Positions 28,771 to 39,460 of a stretch of 64,000 bases of DNA are shown piece by piece. The stretch is from Candidatus Omnitrophota bacterium (GTDB lineage Bacteria; Omnitrophota; Gorgyraeia; Gygaellales; Profunditerraquicolaceae), in contig JAQURC010000001.1 of NCBI GenBank assembly GCA_028715785.1, positions 204,766-268,765 of the forward strand, given 5' to 3'. The number at the start of each line of letters is the position of its first letter. Within the stretch, counting starts at the first letter, position 1. The notes below the pieces were generated by a model, which was given only the letters and a program-made list of their open reading frames with translations, searched no databases and had not been told where the DNA came from. The position numbers and the translations under genes were made by a program.

Positions 28771-29643
28771 TTGATGAAAATTTATATCAACGGTAAATTT
28801 TATGAAAAAGAAAACGCCAAAATTTCTGTGTTTGATCACGGCCTGCTTTATGGCGACGGAGTTTTTGAAGGCATCCGTTCTTATGACCGCCGCGTGTTCA
28901 AATTGAAAGAGCATATCGACCGGCTTTTTGAATCTGCCCAAAGTATTATGCTCAAGATCCCTTTGACCAAAGAGCAGATGATCAAGGCCGTAGTGGGTAC
29001 GCTTAAGGCCAATAAATTAGCCGATGCCTATATCCGCCTGGTGGTTACCCGCGGGGAAGGTGACTTAGGGCTTGACCCGCGTAAATGCTATAAAGGGGCA
29101 ACGATTATTATTATCGCCGATAAGATTGCTTTATATCCACAGAAGCTTTATCAAGATGGTTTAAGTATTGTTACCGTGCCGACGGTGCGCAACCTGCCTG
29201 AAGCGCTTAATCCCCAGATCAAGTCCTTGAATTATTTAAATAATATCCTGGCCAAAATCGAAGCCGGCAATGCCGGATGCGATGAAGCGATCATGCTGGA
29301 TTCTTTAGGTTATGTGGCCGAGTGCACCGGGGACAATATCTTTGTGGCCAAAGGCGGGCATCTTTACACGCCGCCGCAATGCATGGGCACTTTACGCGGG
29401 ATCACCCGCGATTCAATTTTAGAGATCGCCCGCAAGAACAAGATTGCCGCGCACGAGCATGTAATTACCCGCCATGAAGTTTATATTTCCGACGAGTGTT
29501 TCCTTACCGGGACTGCCGCCGAGGTTATTCCGGTGGTCAAGGTGGATGGCCGGGTTATCGGCCGGGGCAAGCCGGGCGTCCTTACGTTTACGCTAATGAA
29601 AAAATTTAAAGAGTTGACCGCTAAAGACGGAGTAAAATATTAA
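28771..29643 (+). CDS. ilvE: class IV aminotransferase (branched-chain amino acid aminotransferase)
   Basis: N-terminus SVFDHGLLYGDGVFEGIRSY, typical of the fold-type IV BCAT/DAAT family. Confidence 0.7.
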   Translation: MMKIYINGKFYEKENAKISVFDHGLLYGDGVFEGIRSYDRRVFKLKEHIDRLFESAQSIMLKIPLTKEQMIKAVVGTLKANKLADAYIRLVVTRGEGDLGLDPRKCYKGATIIIIADKIALYPQKLYQDGLSIVTVPTVRNLPEALNPQIKSLNYLNNILAKIEAGNAGCDEAIMLDSLGYVAECTGDNIFVAKGGHLYTPPQCMGTLRGITRDSILEIARKNKIAAHEHVITRHEVYISDECFLTGTAAEVIPVVKVDGRVIGRGKPGVLTFTLMKKFKELTAKDGVKY

Positions 29644-29644
29644 T

Positions 29645-30163
29645 ATGCTTTGTGATATCTGCGGAAAAAATCCGGCAACCGTGCACTTGACCGAAATTAT
29701 CGATGACCAGATGAATGAGCTGCATTTATGCGAAGAGTGCGCCAGGACCAAGAGCGCGGCCATGGAGCAGCAGTTTGGTTTAAGCGACCTTTTGGCCGGG
29801 ATGGTTGATTTTCAGAAACCCTCTGCTAAAGAAGAGGAATTGGTTAATATTAAATGCTCCAGCTGCGGCCTAAGCTACGCGGATTTTAAGAAGATCGGAA
29901 GGCTTGGCTGCGGTGAGTGTTATGATGTTTTTCGCAAGTACCTGGCGCCTTTGTTAAAACGTATACACGGCTCAAACCAGCATGTCGGTAAAAGCCCTTT
30001 AAAAATAAAAACCACCGTTACCAGGGTTACTAAAAAAAAGATCGATCTTGCGGAATTAAAAGAGCAGCTGCAAAAAGCAATCCAGAAAGAGGCTTTTGAA
30101 GAAGCGGCGCGCCTGCGCGACCAGATAAAAGAAATAGAAAGTAAAAAAGGAAAAGAAGGTTAA
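29645..30163 (+). CDS. mcsA: protein-arginine kinase activator McsA (zinc fingers + UvrB/C motif)
   Basis: CxxC pairs (CDICG, CEEC, CSSCG, CGEC) and a C-terminal UVR motif EEAARLRDQI. Confidence 0.7.
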   Translation: MLCDICGKNPATVHLTEIIDDQMNELHLCEECARTKSAAMEQQFGLSDLLAGMVDFQKPSAKEEELVNIKCSSCGLSYADFKKIGRLGCGECYDVFRKYLAPLLKRIHGSNQHVGKSPLKIKTTVTRVTKKKIDLAELKEQLQKAIQKEAFEEAARLRDQIKEIESKKGKEG

Positions 30164-30164
30164 T

Positions 30165-31217
30165 ATGCAGATCAATGATTTGATCAACCACACCAGCGAA
30201 TGGCTTAAAGGCACGGGCCCGAATTCGGATGTTGTTATTTCCAGCCGGATCCGGCTGGCCAGAAACCTCACTAAACTTCCTTTCCCTCATTGGGCCAGTA
30301 AGGCGCAATTGAATGAAGTGATGGATAAAGCCAGCCAGGCGATGCTAAAGATCGAGCCGCTTAAAAAATCCACGCTCTTTATGCTGGCGAATTTAGACAG
30401 CATCGATAAACAGTTTTTGGTGGAAAGGCACCTGATGTCTATCGAGCATACCCAGAAGACCGAGCAGAAGGCGGTATTGGTCAATGATGAAGAAAACATC
30501 GCGGTAATGATCAACGAAGAGGACCATTTACGCATGCAGCTGATGCAGTCGGGGTTTAATCTTTTTGAGGCCTGGAATATTATTAACGGTATCGACGATG
30601 CTTTGGCCAAGCTTTTGGATTACGCCTACCTGCCGGATTTTGGTTATCTTACCGCCTGTCCCACAAATACCGGCACCGGCATGCGCGGCTCGGTGATGCT
30701 GCATCTGCCGGCATTGGTGATGAGCCGGCAGATCGAGCGGGTACTGGCGGCAATCGCCAAATTAAGCTTTACAACGCGCGGCCTTTACGGCGAAGGCACG
30801 CAGGCCAGCGGCAATTTTTTCCAGATCTCCAACCAGGTTTCTTTGGGGCACAGTGAAAACGAGATCATTGAGAACCTTAACAGCCTGATCCGCCAGATCA
30901 TCGAGCAGGAAACGCAGACCCGGGAGATCATGATCTCTAAAAGTAAAGACGTTTTAGAGGACAGGATTAACCGTTCCTTAGGTATTTTAAAAAGCGCCCG
31001 GATCATTACCAGCCAGGAGACGATTGAATTGTTATCGATGGTGCGGCTGGGAAGCGACCTGGGCATGATTAAGGATATTGACCGGCTGACGATCAATGAA
31101 CTTTTTATTATCACCCAGCCGGCGCATCTGCAGAAATTGCAAAATAAAAAACTTTCTTCGCCGGAAAGGGATTTGGCCAGGGCGGAATTGATTCGCAAGA
31201 AACTTAATTTGTTATAG
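30165..31217 (+). CDS. mcsB: protein arginine kinase (ATP:guanido phosphotransferase)
   Basis: Phosphagen-kinase active-site motif CPTNTGTGMR. Confidence 0.85.
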   Translation: MQINDLINHTSEWLKGTGPNSDVVISSRIRLARNLTKLPFPHWASKAQLNEVMDKASQAMLKIEPLKKSTLFMLANLDSIDKQFLVERHLMSIEHTQKTEQKAVLVNDEENIAVMINEEDHLRMQLMQSGFNLFEAWNIINGIDDALAKLLDYAYLPDFGYLTACPTNTGTGMRGSVMLHLPALVMSRQIERVLAAIAKLSFTTRGLYGEGTQASGNFFQISNQVSLGHSENEIIENLNSLIRQIIEQETQTREIMISKSKDVLEDRINRSLGILKSARIITSQETIELLSMVRLGSDLGMIKDIDRLTINELFIITQPAHLQKLQNKKLSSPERDLARAELIRKKLNLL

Positions 31218-31272
31218 GGATGCATTATTTAGACGTTAGAATTAACTCTGTCGATTTTTATTAATTATCAAT

Positions 31273-31306
31273 TACGGTAGGGGAGGTTTAAACCTCCCCT
31301 ACCGTA
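31273..31306 (+). promoter_or_regulatory. perfect 34-nt palindrome upstream of clpC (operator or attenuator hairpin)
   Basis: TACGGTAGGGGAGGTTT|AAACCTCCCCTACCGTA, 28 nt before the clpC start. Confidence 0.4.
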
Positions 31307-31333
31307 GAAAATCGTTATCTAGAAGGAGAAACT

Positions 31334-33754
31334 ATGTTTAATCGTTTTACGGAGAGAGCAAGAAAAGTAATTATTTTAGCAAAAGAAGAGGCCAGGCGTT
31401 TTAACCACGATTATATCGGCACCGAGCATATATTGTTGGGGTTAGTCCGGGAAGGTGAAGGTGTGGCGGCTGCGGTATTGCAGAAGCTGGATGTTTCACT
31501 TGAAAATATCCGGCTTGAGATAGAAAAGCTGGTGCAGCCCGGGCCCACCACCCAGATTATCGGCGATATTCCTTTTACTCCCCGCGCTAAAAAAGCTTTA
31601 GAGCTGGCCGCCGAAGAAGCCCGTTCCCTGGGGCATAATTATATCGGCACCGAACACCTTCTTCTGGGGCTTATCCGCGAAGGTGAAGGTATTGCCTCGC
31701 AGGTATTGTTAAATTTAGGCATGGATTTAAATTCTGTGCGTAATGAAGTGATGGGGCTTTTAGGGTCTTCTTTACCGGGCTCCGGCGCAGGAGGCGCTCA
31801 GGCGGCAAAATCAAAGACCCCTGCCCTGGATGCTTTTGGCCGCGACCTTACGGCGCTGGCCAGGGAGAATAAATTGGATCCGGTAATTAACCGCAAACAG
31901 GAAATTGAGCGGGTAGTCCAGATTTTAAGCCGGCGCACCAAGAATAACCCCGTGCTTTTGGGTGAGGCCGGGGTAGGAAAAACCGCGATTGTCGAGGGTT
32001 TGGCCCAGTTGATTATCGCCGGTAATATTCCCGAAGTTTTAAGAGGAAAGCGCCTGGTGGTTTTGGATTTGGCGCTGATGGTTGCCGGGACCAAATACCG
32101 CGGGCAGTTTGAAGAAAGAATTAAGGCGATTATGGAGGAGATCAAACGTTCGCAGGATATAATTATTTTTATCGATGAGCTGCACACCCTGGTGGGAGCC
32201 GGAGCCGCTGAAGGGGCAATCGATGCCTCCAATATTATGAAGCCGGCGCTTTCCCGCGGAGAGATGCAGTGTATCGGGGCAACCACCGTCGATGAATACC
32301 GTAAATATATCGAAAAAGACGCGGCTTTAGAGCGCCGTTTTCAGACGATCATGGTCGAGCCTCCGACCGTGGAGCAAACCATTGAGATTTTAAAAGGCCT
32401 GCGCGATAAATACGAAGCGCATCACCGGGTTACTTTTAAAGACGAGTCTCTGGAGGCCGCCGCTAAATTAAGCGACCGTTATATTTCCGGAAGGTTTATG
32501 CCGGATAAAGCCATTGATTTAATCGATGAAGCCGGTTCACGGGCGCGCTTAAATGTTTTAATTGTCCCGGACAATATAAAAAAGATCGAAGCCGATGTTG
32601 AATCTTTAAGAAAAGAGAAAGAGTCTTACATCAAGAGCCAGGATTTTGAAAAAGCCGCTTCTCTGCGGGACCAGGAGCGCATGGCCCGCCAGGAGCTGGA
32701 AAAATTAAATAAAGAGTGGAGCCAGGCGAAAGATAAAATGCGTCCGGAAGTCACTGCCGAAGATATCGCTAAAATCCTGGCGCAGTGGACAGGGATCCCG
32801 ATTTTCAGGCTAGAGGAAAAAGAAAGCGAAAAACTGCTCAAGATCGAAGAAGAGCTGCATAAGCGGGTAGTCGGACAGAACGAAGCTATCGAAGCTATCG
32901 CCCACGCGGTGAGGCGCTCGCGCGCCGGGATCAAAGACCCCAAGCGGCCAATCGGTTCATTTATATTTTTGGGCCCTACCGGGGTCGGTAAAACCCTGCT
33001 TGCCCGGGCGCTGGCGGAATTTATGTTCGGCGACGAAGACGCTCTCTTGCAGTTGGATATGTCGGAGTATATGGAGAAGTTTAATGTTTCCCGCCTGATC
33101 GGGGCTCCTCCGGGATACGTCGGTTATGAAGAGGGCGGCCAGCTTACCGAACGTGTCCGCCGCCGGCCTTACGCGGTCATACTTCTGGATGAGATTGAAA
33201 AAGCGCATCCGGATGTTTTTAATTTACTGCTGCAGGTTTTTGAAGAAGGCAGGCTTACCGACAGCTTCGGCCGCAAAGTCGATTTTAAGAATACGATCAT
33301 CATTATGACCTCCAACGTGGGAGCGGAATTGATCCGCAAGACCGGCTCGTTGGGGTTTAGGACGCAGAAGGAGGAAGGCACTTATCAGGATATGAAGGAT
33401 AAATTGCTTGAATCCGTCAAGCATGCTTTTAAGCCGGAGTTCTTAAACCGTATCGATGATATTATTGTTTTCAGGCAGTTAGCCAAAGAGGAGCTCTCGC
33501 AGATCATCGATATCGAGATCGGTTATGTCATCCAGCGCCTGAAGGACCAGAAGATAACTTTAGAGGTCAGCAGGGAGGCCAAGGATCTTTTAATCGAAAA
33601 AGGATTTGATCCGGTTTTTGGCGCCCGGCCCTTAAAGAGGACCATCCAGAGGTTCCTGGAAGACCCGTTGGCAGGGGAGATCATCTCTAAAAAATATAAG
33701 GAGGGCTCTTCGATTAAAGTAACGCGCAAAAATGAAGAGCTTGTTTTTGAATAA
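31334..33754 (+). CDS. clpC: ATP-dependent Clp protease ATP-binding subunit ClpC
   Basis: Two Clp-N repeats, two AAA modules (GEAGVGKT, GPTGVGKT) and a UVR motif between them. Confidence 0.9.
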   Translation: MFNRFTERARKVIILAKEEARRFNHDYIGTEHILLGLVREGEGVAAAVLQKLDVSLENIRLEIEKLVQPGPTTQIIGDIPFTPRAKKALELAAEEARSLGHNYIGTEHLLLGLIREGEGIASQVLLNLGMDLNSVRNEVMGLLGSSLPGSGAGGAQAAKSKTPALDAFGRDLTALARENKLDPVINRKQEIERVVQILSRRTKNNPVLLGEAGVGKTAIVEGLAQLIIAGNIPEVLRGKRLVVLDLALMVAGTKYRGQFEERIKAIMEEIKRSQDIIIFIDELHTLVGAGAAEGAIDASNIMKPALSRGEMQCIGATTVDEYRKYIEKDAALERRFQTIMVEPPTVEQTIEILKGLRDKYEAHHRVTFKDESLEAAAKLSDRYISGRFMPDKAIDLIDEAGSRARLNVLIVPDNIKKIEADVESLRKEKESYIKSQDFEKAASLRDQERMARQELEKLNKEWSQAKDKMRPEVTAEDIAKILAQWTGIPIFRLEEKESEKLLKIEEELHKRVVGQNEAIEAIAHAVRRSRAGIKDPKRPIGSFIFLGPTGVGKTLLARALAEFMFGDEDALLQLDMSEYMEKFNVSRLIGAPPGYVGYEEGGQLTERVRRRPYAVILLDEIEKAHPDVFNLLLQVFEEGRLTDSFGRKVDFKNTIIIMTSNVGAELIRKTGSLGFRTQKEEGTYQDMKDKLLESVKHAFKPEFLNRIDDIIVFRQLAKEELSQIIDIEIGYVIQRLKDQKITLEVSREAKDLLIEKGFDPVFGARPLKRTIQRFLEDPLAGEIISKKYKEGSSIKVTRKNEELVFE

Positions 33755-34539
33755 TGCTTACGTTATTTTTCATTGACCTGGGCCGCAGGATAATTACTTT
33801 TATGTATTTCTGCGGCGGCTTAGCCAATTTAACCGCGCAAACCGTGTATTTGACGCTTAAGCCTCCGTATAAATACGGCCATATAATCGAACAATCCAAT
33901 AAAGCCGGTTATGAAAGTTTCCCGATTGTTTCGGTGGTTGCTTTGTTTATCGGTTTTATCTTTGCTTTGCAGTCAGCGTATTTTATGCAGCGCCTGGGCT
34001 CGGAGATGTATATTGCCAGCCTTGTAGCTTTGGCGATCGTGCGCGAATTAGGCCCGGTGATTACGGCGCTGGTAGTTGCCGGCAGGGTCGGGGCGTCCCA
34101 TACCGCCGAGCTTGGTTCCATGCAGGTTACCGAGCAGATCGACGCCTTGGAAACTTTAGCGGCTAACCCCGTGAAATACCTGGTAGTCCCGCGCTTTGTG
34201 TCTCTAAGCCTGATGCTTCCCATCCTTACCTTGTATGCCGACATTATCGGCATACTGGGCGGTTACCTTATCTGCGTCCTGAAACTGGGGATTACCAGCA
34301 GTATGTATATGCATATAACCTTTACCGCGCTGTTCTATAAAGATTTGTTCACCGGGTTATTCAAGTCCTTGATCTTTGGAATGATTATCGCTTTGGTAAG
34401 CTGCTATGAAGGTTTTAACGTCGAAGGCGGGGCCGAAGGGGTCGGTAAGGCGACGATGCGTTCGGTAGTCGTTACTTTTCTCATGATCATCGCCGCTGAC
34501 TGTATCTTTACCGCGCTTTTTTATTTTATTTTTCCTTAA
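33754..34539 (+). CDS. mlaE: ABC transporter permease MlaE family
   Basis: YrbE-type five-TM permease. Followed by the ATPase and an MCE-domain protein. Confidence 0.75.
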   Translation: MLTLFFIDLGRRIITFMYFCGGLANLTAQTVYLTLKPPYKYGHIIEQSNKAGYESFPIVSVVALFIGFIFALQSAYFMQRLGSEMYIASLVALAIVRELGPVITALVVAGRVGASHTAELGSMQVTEQIDALETLAANPVKYLVVPRFVSLSLMLPILTLYADIIGILGGYLICVLKLGITSSMYMHITFTALFYKDLFTGLFKSLIFGMIIALVSCYEGFNVEGGAEGVGKATMRSVVVTFLMIIAADCIFTALFYFIFP

Positions 34540-34541
34540 AA

Positions 34542-35309
34542 ATGATCGAGATAGAAAACTTAACCAAGAGGTTCGGCACCAACTTAGTTTTGGACCGGCT
34601 GAATTTAAAGGTGCCCACCGGCCAGACCTGCGTAATTATCGGCAGGAGCGGCTGCGGGAAATCGGTTTTACTCAAACATATCGTCGGGTTATTAAAACCG
34701 GACAGAGGCAGGGTTTTGGTTAACGGCAAAGAGGTGGCTGGCTTAAAAGAATTAGAATTAAACGCCCTGCGCTCTAAAATCAGCATGGTATTTCAGGGCG
34801 GAGCGCTTTTTGATTCGATGAATGTCGCTGAAAATGTCGGTTTTGGTTTATTTGAGCATACGCGTATCAGCCAGAAAGAAATCCTGGAGCGCGTGGAGGA
34901 ATCTTTATCTTTAGTGGACCTGGGCGGGATCGGTAACCTTATGCCTTCGGAGTTAAGCGGAGGGATGAAGAAACGCGTGGCCCTGGCGCGGGCGATTTGC
35001 ATCAAGCCTGAAATTATTCTCTATGATGAGCCGACTACGGGAGTCGATCCGATTACCGCCGACAGCATTAACCGGCTTATCCGCTCGCTCCATGATAAAT
35101 TAAAAGTCACTTCCTTTGTGGTTACTCATGATATGCGCAGCGCCTACCACATCGCCGACCAGATTGCTATGCTGTATAAAGGAAAAATAATTTTAGAAGG
35201 GACGCCTGAACAGATCCAGCATACTCAAGACCCGGTAGTGCACCAGTTTATTAACGGGCTCTCCAAGGGGCCGATAACCGAAGCAATCGATACTTTTAAG
35301 GAGGCTTAA
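34542..35309 (+). CDS. mlaF: ABC transporter ATP-binding protein MlaF family
   Basis: Walker A GRSGCGKS, LSGGMKKR signature and Walker B ILYDEPTTGVD. Confidence 0.8.
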   Translation: MIEIENLTKRFGTNLVLDRLNLKVPTGQTCVIIGRSGCGKSVLLKHIVGLLKPDRGRVLVNGKEVAGLKELELNALRSKISMVFQGGALFDSMNVAENVGFGLFEHTRISQKEILERVEESLSLVDLGGIGNLMPSELSGGMKKRVALARAICIKPEIILYDEPTTGVDPITADSINRLIRSLHDKLKVTSFVVTHDMRSAYHIADQIAMLYKGKIILEGTPEQIQHTQDPVVHQFINGLSKGPITEAIDTFKEA

Positions 35310-35924
35310 ATGATATTCGGAAAAACCAAATTAGAGCTAAAGGTGGGCATTTTTGTTTTTATAGGCCTGGTAATCTTAGTTACTTTTATATTATCGATTG
35401 GCGGATTTAAAACCTGGAGTTCCGGATACCGGATCAATGTCAATTTTAATTTTGTTAACGGCGTGAAAGTCGGAGCGCCGGTGCGTTTTGCCGGAGTCGA
35501 TGTGGGGGAGGTAAAAAGGATTAAGCTGGAATTTGTCCCCGGGGAAAGCCGTTCAAATGTGTGCCTGGTAATTTGGGTCAGAGATATTATCAAGATCCCG
35601 GCTGATTCCACGGTTTGGGTAAATACCCTGGGGTTGTTGGGGGAAAAATATGTGGAGATAATACCCGGTAAAGATTATGCCAACCCGGTTAAAGAAAATG
35701 GGGCCATGGCCGGAATTGATCCCTTGCCGATACATACGATATTCAATGAGGCTGAAAATATAATGCGCAACCTGGATGAGGGCCTGGCCCAGATCAGGAA
35801 TAAAGAGGGCACATTGGGCAAGCTTATTTACGACGACAAGCTCTATAAAGAACTGGATGCCATGGTTACCGATGTGCGCAAGAATCCCTGGAAGTTATTT
35901 TTCAGGACTAAAGAAAAGAAATAA
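35310..35924 (+). CDS. mlaD: MCE-domain protein MlaD family
   Basis: N-terminal TM helix followed by an MCE domain (GAPVRFAGVDVGEV). Confidence 0.75.
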   Translation: MIFGKTKLELKVGIFVFIGLVILVTFILSIGGFKTWSSGYRINVNFNFVNGVKVGAPVRFAGVDVGEVKRIKLEFVPGESRSNVCLVIWVRDIIKIPADSTVWVNTLGLLGEKYVEIIPGKDYANPVKENGAMAGIDPLPIHTIFNEAENIMRNLDEGLAQIRNKEGTLGKLIYDDKLYKELDAMVTDVRKNPWKLFFRTKEKK

Positions 35925-37318
35925 TGAAAACAAAATCGGTTTTTAGCTGTTCAAATTGCGGGTATCAATCGCCCAAATGGCTGGGTAAGTGCCCGGATTG
36001 CAACAGCTGGAATTCTTTTAACGAAGAAGATTATGCTGTCCCCGCATCCGGGACCAAAGAAAGGGTCTCTTTGTATAAAGAGGGGCCGGTACTTTTAAGG
36101 GATGTGGTGGCTAAGGATGAAGACAGGTTAAAGACTAATATTGTCGAACTGGACCGGGTTTTAGGCGGCGGGATTGTCAAGGGCTCGGTGATTTTAATCG
36201 GCGGTGACCCCGGAGTAGGCAAGTCTACTATTTCTTTGCAGGTTTCTAACCACCTGACTAAACAGGGCCTGGGCGTGCTTTATGTCAGCGGCGAAGAAAG
36301 CGTGGCCCAGACTAAATTACGCGCCCGGCGTTTGGGTGAATCCGGCGCGGATAATCTTTATATCGTCAATCAAACGGACTTATCCTTAATTGTCGAATAC
36401 ATCAAAAAATTAAAACCCCAGGTTGTCATCATCGATTCCATCCAGGTTATTTTTGATTCCGGGATCAGCTCTTCTCCCGGCAGTGTCAGCCAGGTAAGAG
36501 AGTGCGCCGGGATCCTGACGCAATTAGCCAAAACTACCGCAACCTCGATTTTTATCATCGGCCATGTTACCAAAGAAGGTACCCTGGCCGGGCCGCGGGT
36601 TTTAGAGCATATCGTGGACACGGTGCTTTATTTTGAAGGGGACCGTTTCGCCATCTACAGGATATTGCGCGCGGTGAAAAACAGGTTTGGCTCAACCAAT
36701 GAAATCGGCGTATTTGAAATGGGGGCGCAGGGTTTGGCGGAAGTAAAGAACCCGTCGGAGATATTCCTTTCGGAGCGGCCCAGCGATGTTTCCGGCACAA
36801 TTGTGACTTCGATTTTGGAAGGGACGCGGCCGCTTTTGGTTGAGATCCAGTCATTGGTTTCAAGAAGCAGTTTCGGCTATGCCCGCAGGCGGGCGCAGGG
36901 TTTTGATTTTAACCGTCTTTCTTTGCTGGTTGCGGTGTTAGAAAAACGGATGGGGCTGGCCCTTGAAGCGGAAGATATATTTGTGAATGTTGCAGGAGGC
37001 ATAAAAATCGAAGACCCGGCGGCGGATCTAGCGGTTTGCGCTGTGATCGCTTCAAGTTTCCGGGAGCAGGTGGTCTTGCCGCGGGCGGTAGTTTTAGGAG
37101 AAGTGGGGTTAAGCGGGGAGATTAGAAGTATTTCGCAGGTACTCACGCGGATCAATGAAGCGGAAAAGCTGGGTTTTAAGCATTGCGTATTACCCAAAAA
37201 CAGCATCAAGAATATTAGACTTAAAACCTCGGATATGGAAATTATTCCCGTTTCTACTTTAAAGGAAGCTTTAGATACTATCTTAGGATCATTTGTGGGC
37301 AAGGAGGCAAAGAAATGA
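35924..37318 (+). CDS. radA: DNA repair protein RadA/Sms
   Basis: C4 zinc finger [18 protein letters not shown], RecA-like Walker [15 protein letters not shown] motif and a Lon-like C-terminal domain. Confidence 0.9.
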   Translation: MKTKSVFSCSNCGYQSPKWLGKCPDCNSWNSFNEEDYAVPASGTKERVSLYKEGPVLLRDVVAKDEDRLKTNIVELDRVLGGGIVKGSVILIGGDPGVGKSTISLQVSNHLTKQGLGVLYVSGEESVAQTKLRARRLGESGADNLYIVNQTDLSLIVEYIKKLKPQVVIIDSIQVIFDSGISSSPGSVSQVRECAGILTQLAKTTATSIFIIGHVTKEGTLAGPRVLEHIVDTVLYFEGDRFAIYRILRAVKNRFGSTNEIGVFEMGAQGLAEVKNPSEIFLSERPSDVSGTIVTSILEGTRPLLVEIQSLVSRSSFGYARRRAQGFDFNRLSLLVAVLEKRMGLALEAEDIFVNVAGGIKIEDPAADLAVCAVIASSFREQVVLPRAVVLGEVGLSGEIRSISQVLTRINEAEKLGFKHCVLPKNSIKNIRLKTSDMEIIPVSTLKEALDTILGSFVGKEAKK

Positions 37319-38295
37319 ATTTATTATTAGCGCGGCTTTTATTTATTTTAGGCAGTATGGCGATTGGCTATCAGACGGTGGTGATTAACGGTTCCGGTTT
37401 AATCGGTTTGGTCGTCGGCGCTTTAGTGGCATTGGTAATGATTGCCGCCGAAGCAGGGTTGCGTAAAGTTTCGGTAAGCGGCCTGTCCAGCGCGGTATTT
37501 GGGTTGATCTTAGGGTTGATCATGGCCAAGCTGGTCGGAGATGCTTTTAGTATTGCCCCTATCGATCCGGTTGCGCTTTCCAGGATCAGGGTGGGGCTGA
37601 CTTTGGTTTTTTGCTACCTGGGCATGGTCATGGCCCTGCGCGGAAAAGATGAATTTAATATCATCATCCCTTACGTGCGCCTGCGCCGGCAGGACCAGTC
37701 GCAGGACGTGGTGCTTTTGGATACCAGCGTGATTATCGACGGCAGGATCGTGGACCTTTGTAAAACCCGTTTTTTAGGGGGCAAAATCATCATCCCGAAA
37801 TTCGTGCTTCGGGAATTACAGCAGATCGCCGATTCTACCGATCCGATCAAGCGCCAGCGGGGCAGGCGGGGGCTGGAGATACTAAATGCGATCCAAAATG
37901 AACCGGGCATGGATATTACGATTCATGAACAAGATTTTACCGAGACCACCGAGGTGGACGCAAAGCTGGTATTGCTGGCCAAGCTGCTGGAAGCCAAGAT
38001 CCTTACCGTTGATTTTAATTTAAACCGCGTCGCCAGTATCCAGGGGATCAAGGTTTTAAATATCAATGAACTGGCCAACGCTTTAAAACCCGTGGTTTTT
38101 CCCGGGGAAGAGATGCGGATCAAGTTGATTAAAGAAGGTAAAGAGCATAACCAGGCGGTGGGCTACCTTGATGACGGCACGATGGTGGTAGTTGAGGATG
38201 CCCGCAGGTTGCTCGGCCAGGATGTTAAAGTTGTGGTCACCTCAGTCCTGCAAACTCAGGCCGGCAGGATGATCTTTACAAAAATAGAAAAATAA
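37315..38295 (+). CDS. PIN and TRAM domain membrane protein (YacL-like)
   Basis: N-terminal TM helices, a PIN-like region [14 protein letters not shown] and a C-terminal TRAM-like beta domain. Position after radA as in Bacillus. Confidence 0.7.
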   Translation: MNLLLARLLFILGSMAIGYQTVVINGSGLIGLVVGALVALVMIAAEAGLRKVSVSGLSSAVFGLILGLIMAKLVGDAFSIAPIDPVALSRIRVGLTLVFCYLGMVMALRGKDEFNIIIPYVRLRRQDQSQDVVLLDTSVIIDGRIVDLCKTRFLGGKIIIPKFVLRELQQIADSTDPIKRQRGRRGLEILNAIQNEPGMDITIHEQDFTETTEVDAKLVLLAKLLEAKILTVDFNLNRVASIQGIKVLNINELANALKPVVFPGEEMRIKLIKEGKEHNQAVGYLDDGTMVVVEDARRLLGQDVKVVVTSVLQTQAGRMIFTKIEK

Positions 38296-38972
38296 TGCTT
38301 AGCGCGATTGTTCTGGCCGCGGGGCAGGGCAGGCGGCTTAATGCTTTGGTACCGAAGCCTTTAGTAAAAATTGGCAATTTGCCGGCAATAGTTTATTCTC
38401 TTGGGGTTTTAAACAGGCATCCGGATATTGATGAAATTATCGTGGTGGTTAGCGCAAGCAATCAGCAAGCAATCAGCAATGTCCTAAAGAAATATTCTTT
38501 TAAAAAAATAAAAGCTTTTGTTTTGGGCGGGGCGCGCCGGCAGGATTCGGTAGCTAATGGCTTAAAAGTTGTCAGCGTAAAGAGCGATTGGGTACTGATC
38601 CATGATTCGGCCCGGCCGTTTATTGAGCGTGAATTGATTGGTAAGGTTATCGTTGCCGCCAAAAAAACCGGCGCGGCTATATTAGGGGTACCGGTGAAAG
38701 CAACGATTAAAAGCGTCAAAGCGGGCTCGTTGGTTGATAAAACCGTGGACAGGGTTAATCTCTGGGAGATCCAGACTCCGCAAGTTTTTAAAAAAGAGCT
38801 TATTGTTGAAGCTTATAAAAAATATTCCCGAGGCGATGTTACGGATGACGCTTCTTTGGTGGAGAAATTGGGAAAAAAAGTTCAGGTTGTTTTAGGCAGT
38901 GATGAAAATATCAAAATTACTACTAGCGTTGACCTATTGTTTGCCGGAGAGATTGCCAGGAGGCATTGGTGA
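38295..38972 (+). CDS. ispD: 2-C-methyl-D-erythritol 4-phosphate cytidylyltransferase
   Basis: N-terminus AIVLAAGQGRRL. ispD-ispF adjacency. Confidence 0.85.
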   Translation: MLSAIVLAAGQGRRLNALVPKPLVKIGNLPAIVYSLGVLNRHPDIDEIIVVVSASNQQAISNVLKKYSFKKIKAFVLGGARRQDSVANGLKVVSVKSDWVLIHDSARPFIERELIGKVIVAAKKTGAAILGVPVKATIKSVKAGSLVDKTVDRVNLWEIQTPQVFKKELIVEAYKKYSRGDVTDDASLVEKLGKKVQVVLGSDENIKITTSVDLLFAGEIARRHW

Positions 38973-39460
38973 TGCAATTTAAAGTCGGGATAGGTTATGA
39001 TATCCATCGATTGATCGCGGGCAGGCCGTTATTTTTAGGGGCGGTAGAGATCCCCTATATTAAGGGCCTCTTGGGGCATTCCGACGGTGACGCCTTGATC
39101 CACGCGCTTTGCGACGCTTTGCTAGGAGCTTTAGGGCTGGGGGATATCGGCGAACATTTTCCGGATACGGATCCTAAATATCAGGGTATTGCCAGCAGCA
39201 AGCTACTCCAAGCCGTCAAGGGGTTAGTGGATAAGAGCGGTTATCAAATCAATAACCTGGATGTCGTCATTATCGCCCAGGAGCCTAAGCTGGTGCCGTT
39301 TAAGCAACAGATGAAAGAAAATATTTCTTCACTTCTTGGCATCGGCCAGGAAGTTTTAAACATCAAAGCAAAAACAAATGAAGGGCTGGACGCGGTAGGA
39401 AATCGGGAGGCAATCGCCTGTTACGCGGCAGCTTCTTTGGTTAAGGGGGGCGTAAAATGA
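38966..39460 (+). CDS. ispF: 2-C-methyl-D-erythritol 2,4-cyclodiphosphate synthase
   Basis: IGYDIHRL and HSDGD zinc-binding motifs. Confidence 0.9.
   Translation: MVMQFKVGIGYDIHRLIAGRPLFLGAVEIPYIKGLLGHSDGDALIHALCDALLGALGLGDIGEHFPDTDPKYQGIASSKLLQAVKGLVDKSGYQINNLDVVIIAQEPKLVPFKQQMKENISSLLGIGQEVLNIKAKTNEGLDAVGNREAIACYAAASLVKGGVK

Noticed and set aside
29500-31333. CtsR gene and GGTCAAA heptad operators upstream of mcsA or clpC
   Set aside because: ilvE abuts mcsA with a 1-nt gap. No heptad direct repeat is visible. Only the unrelated 34-nt palindrome was found.
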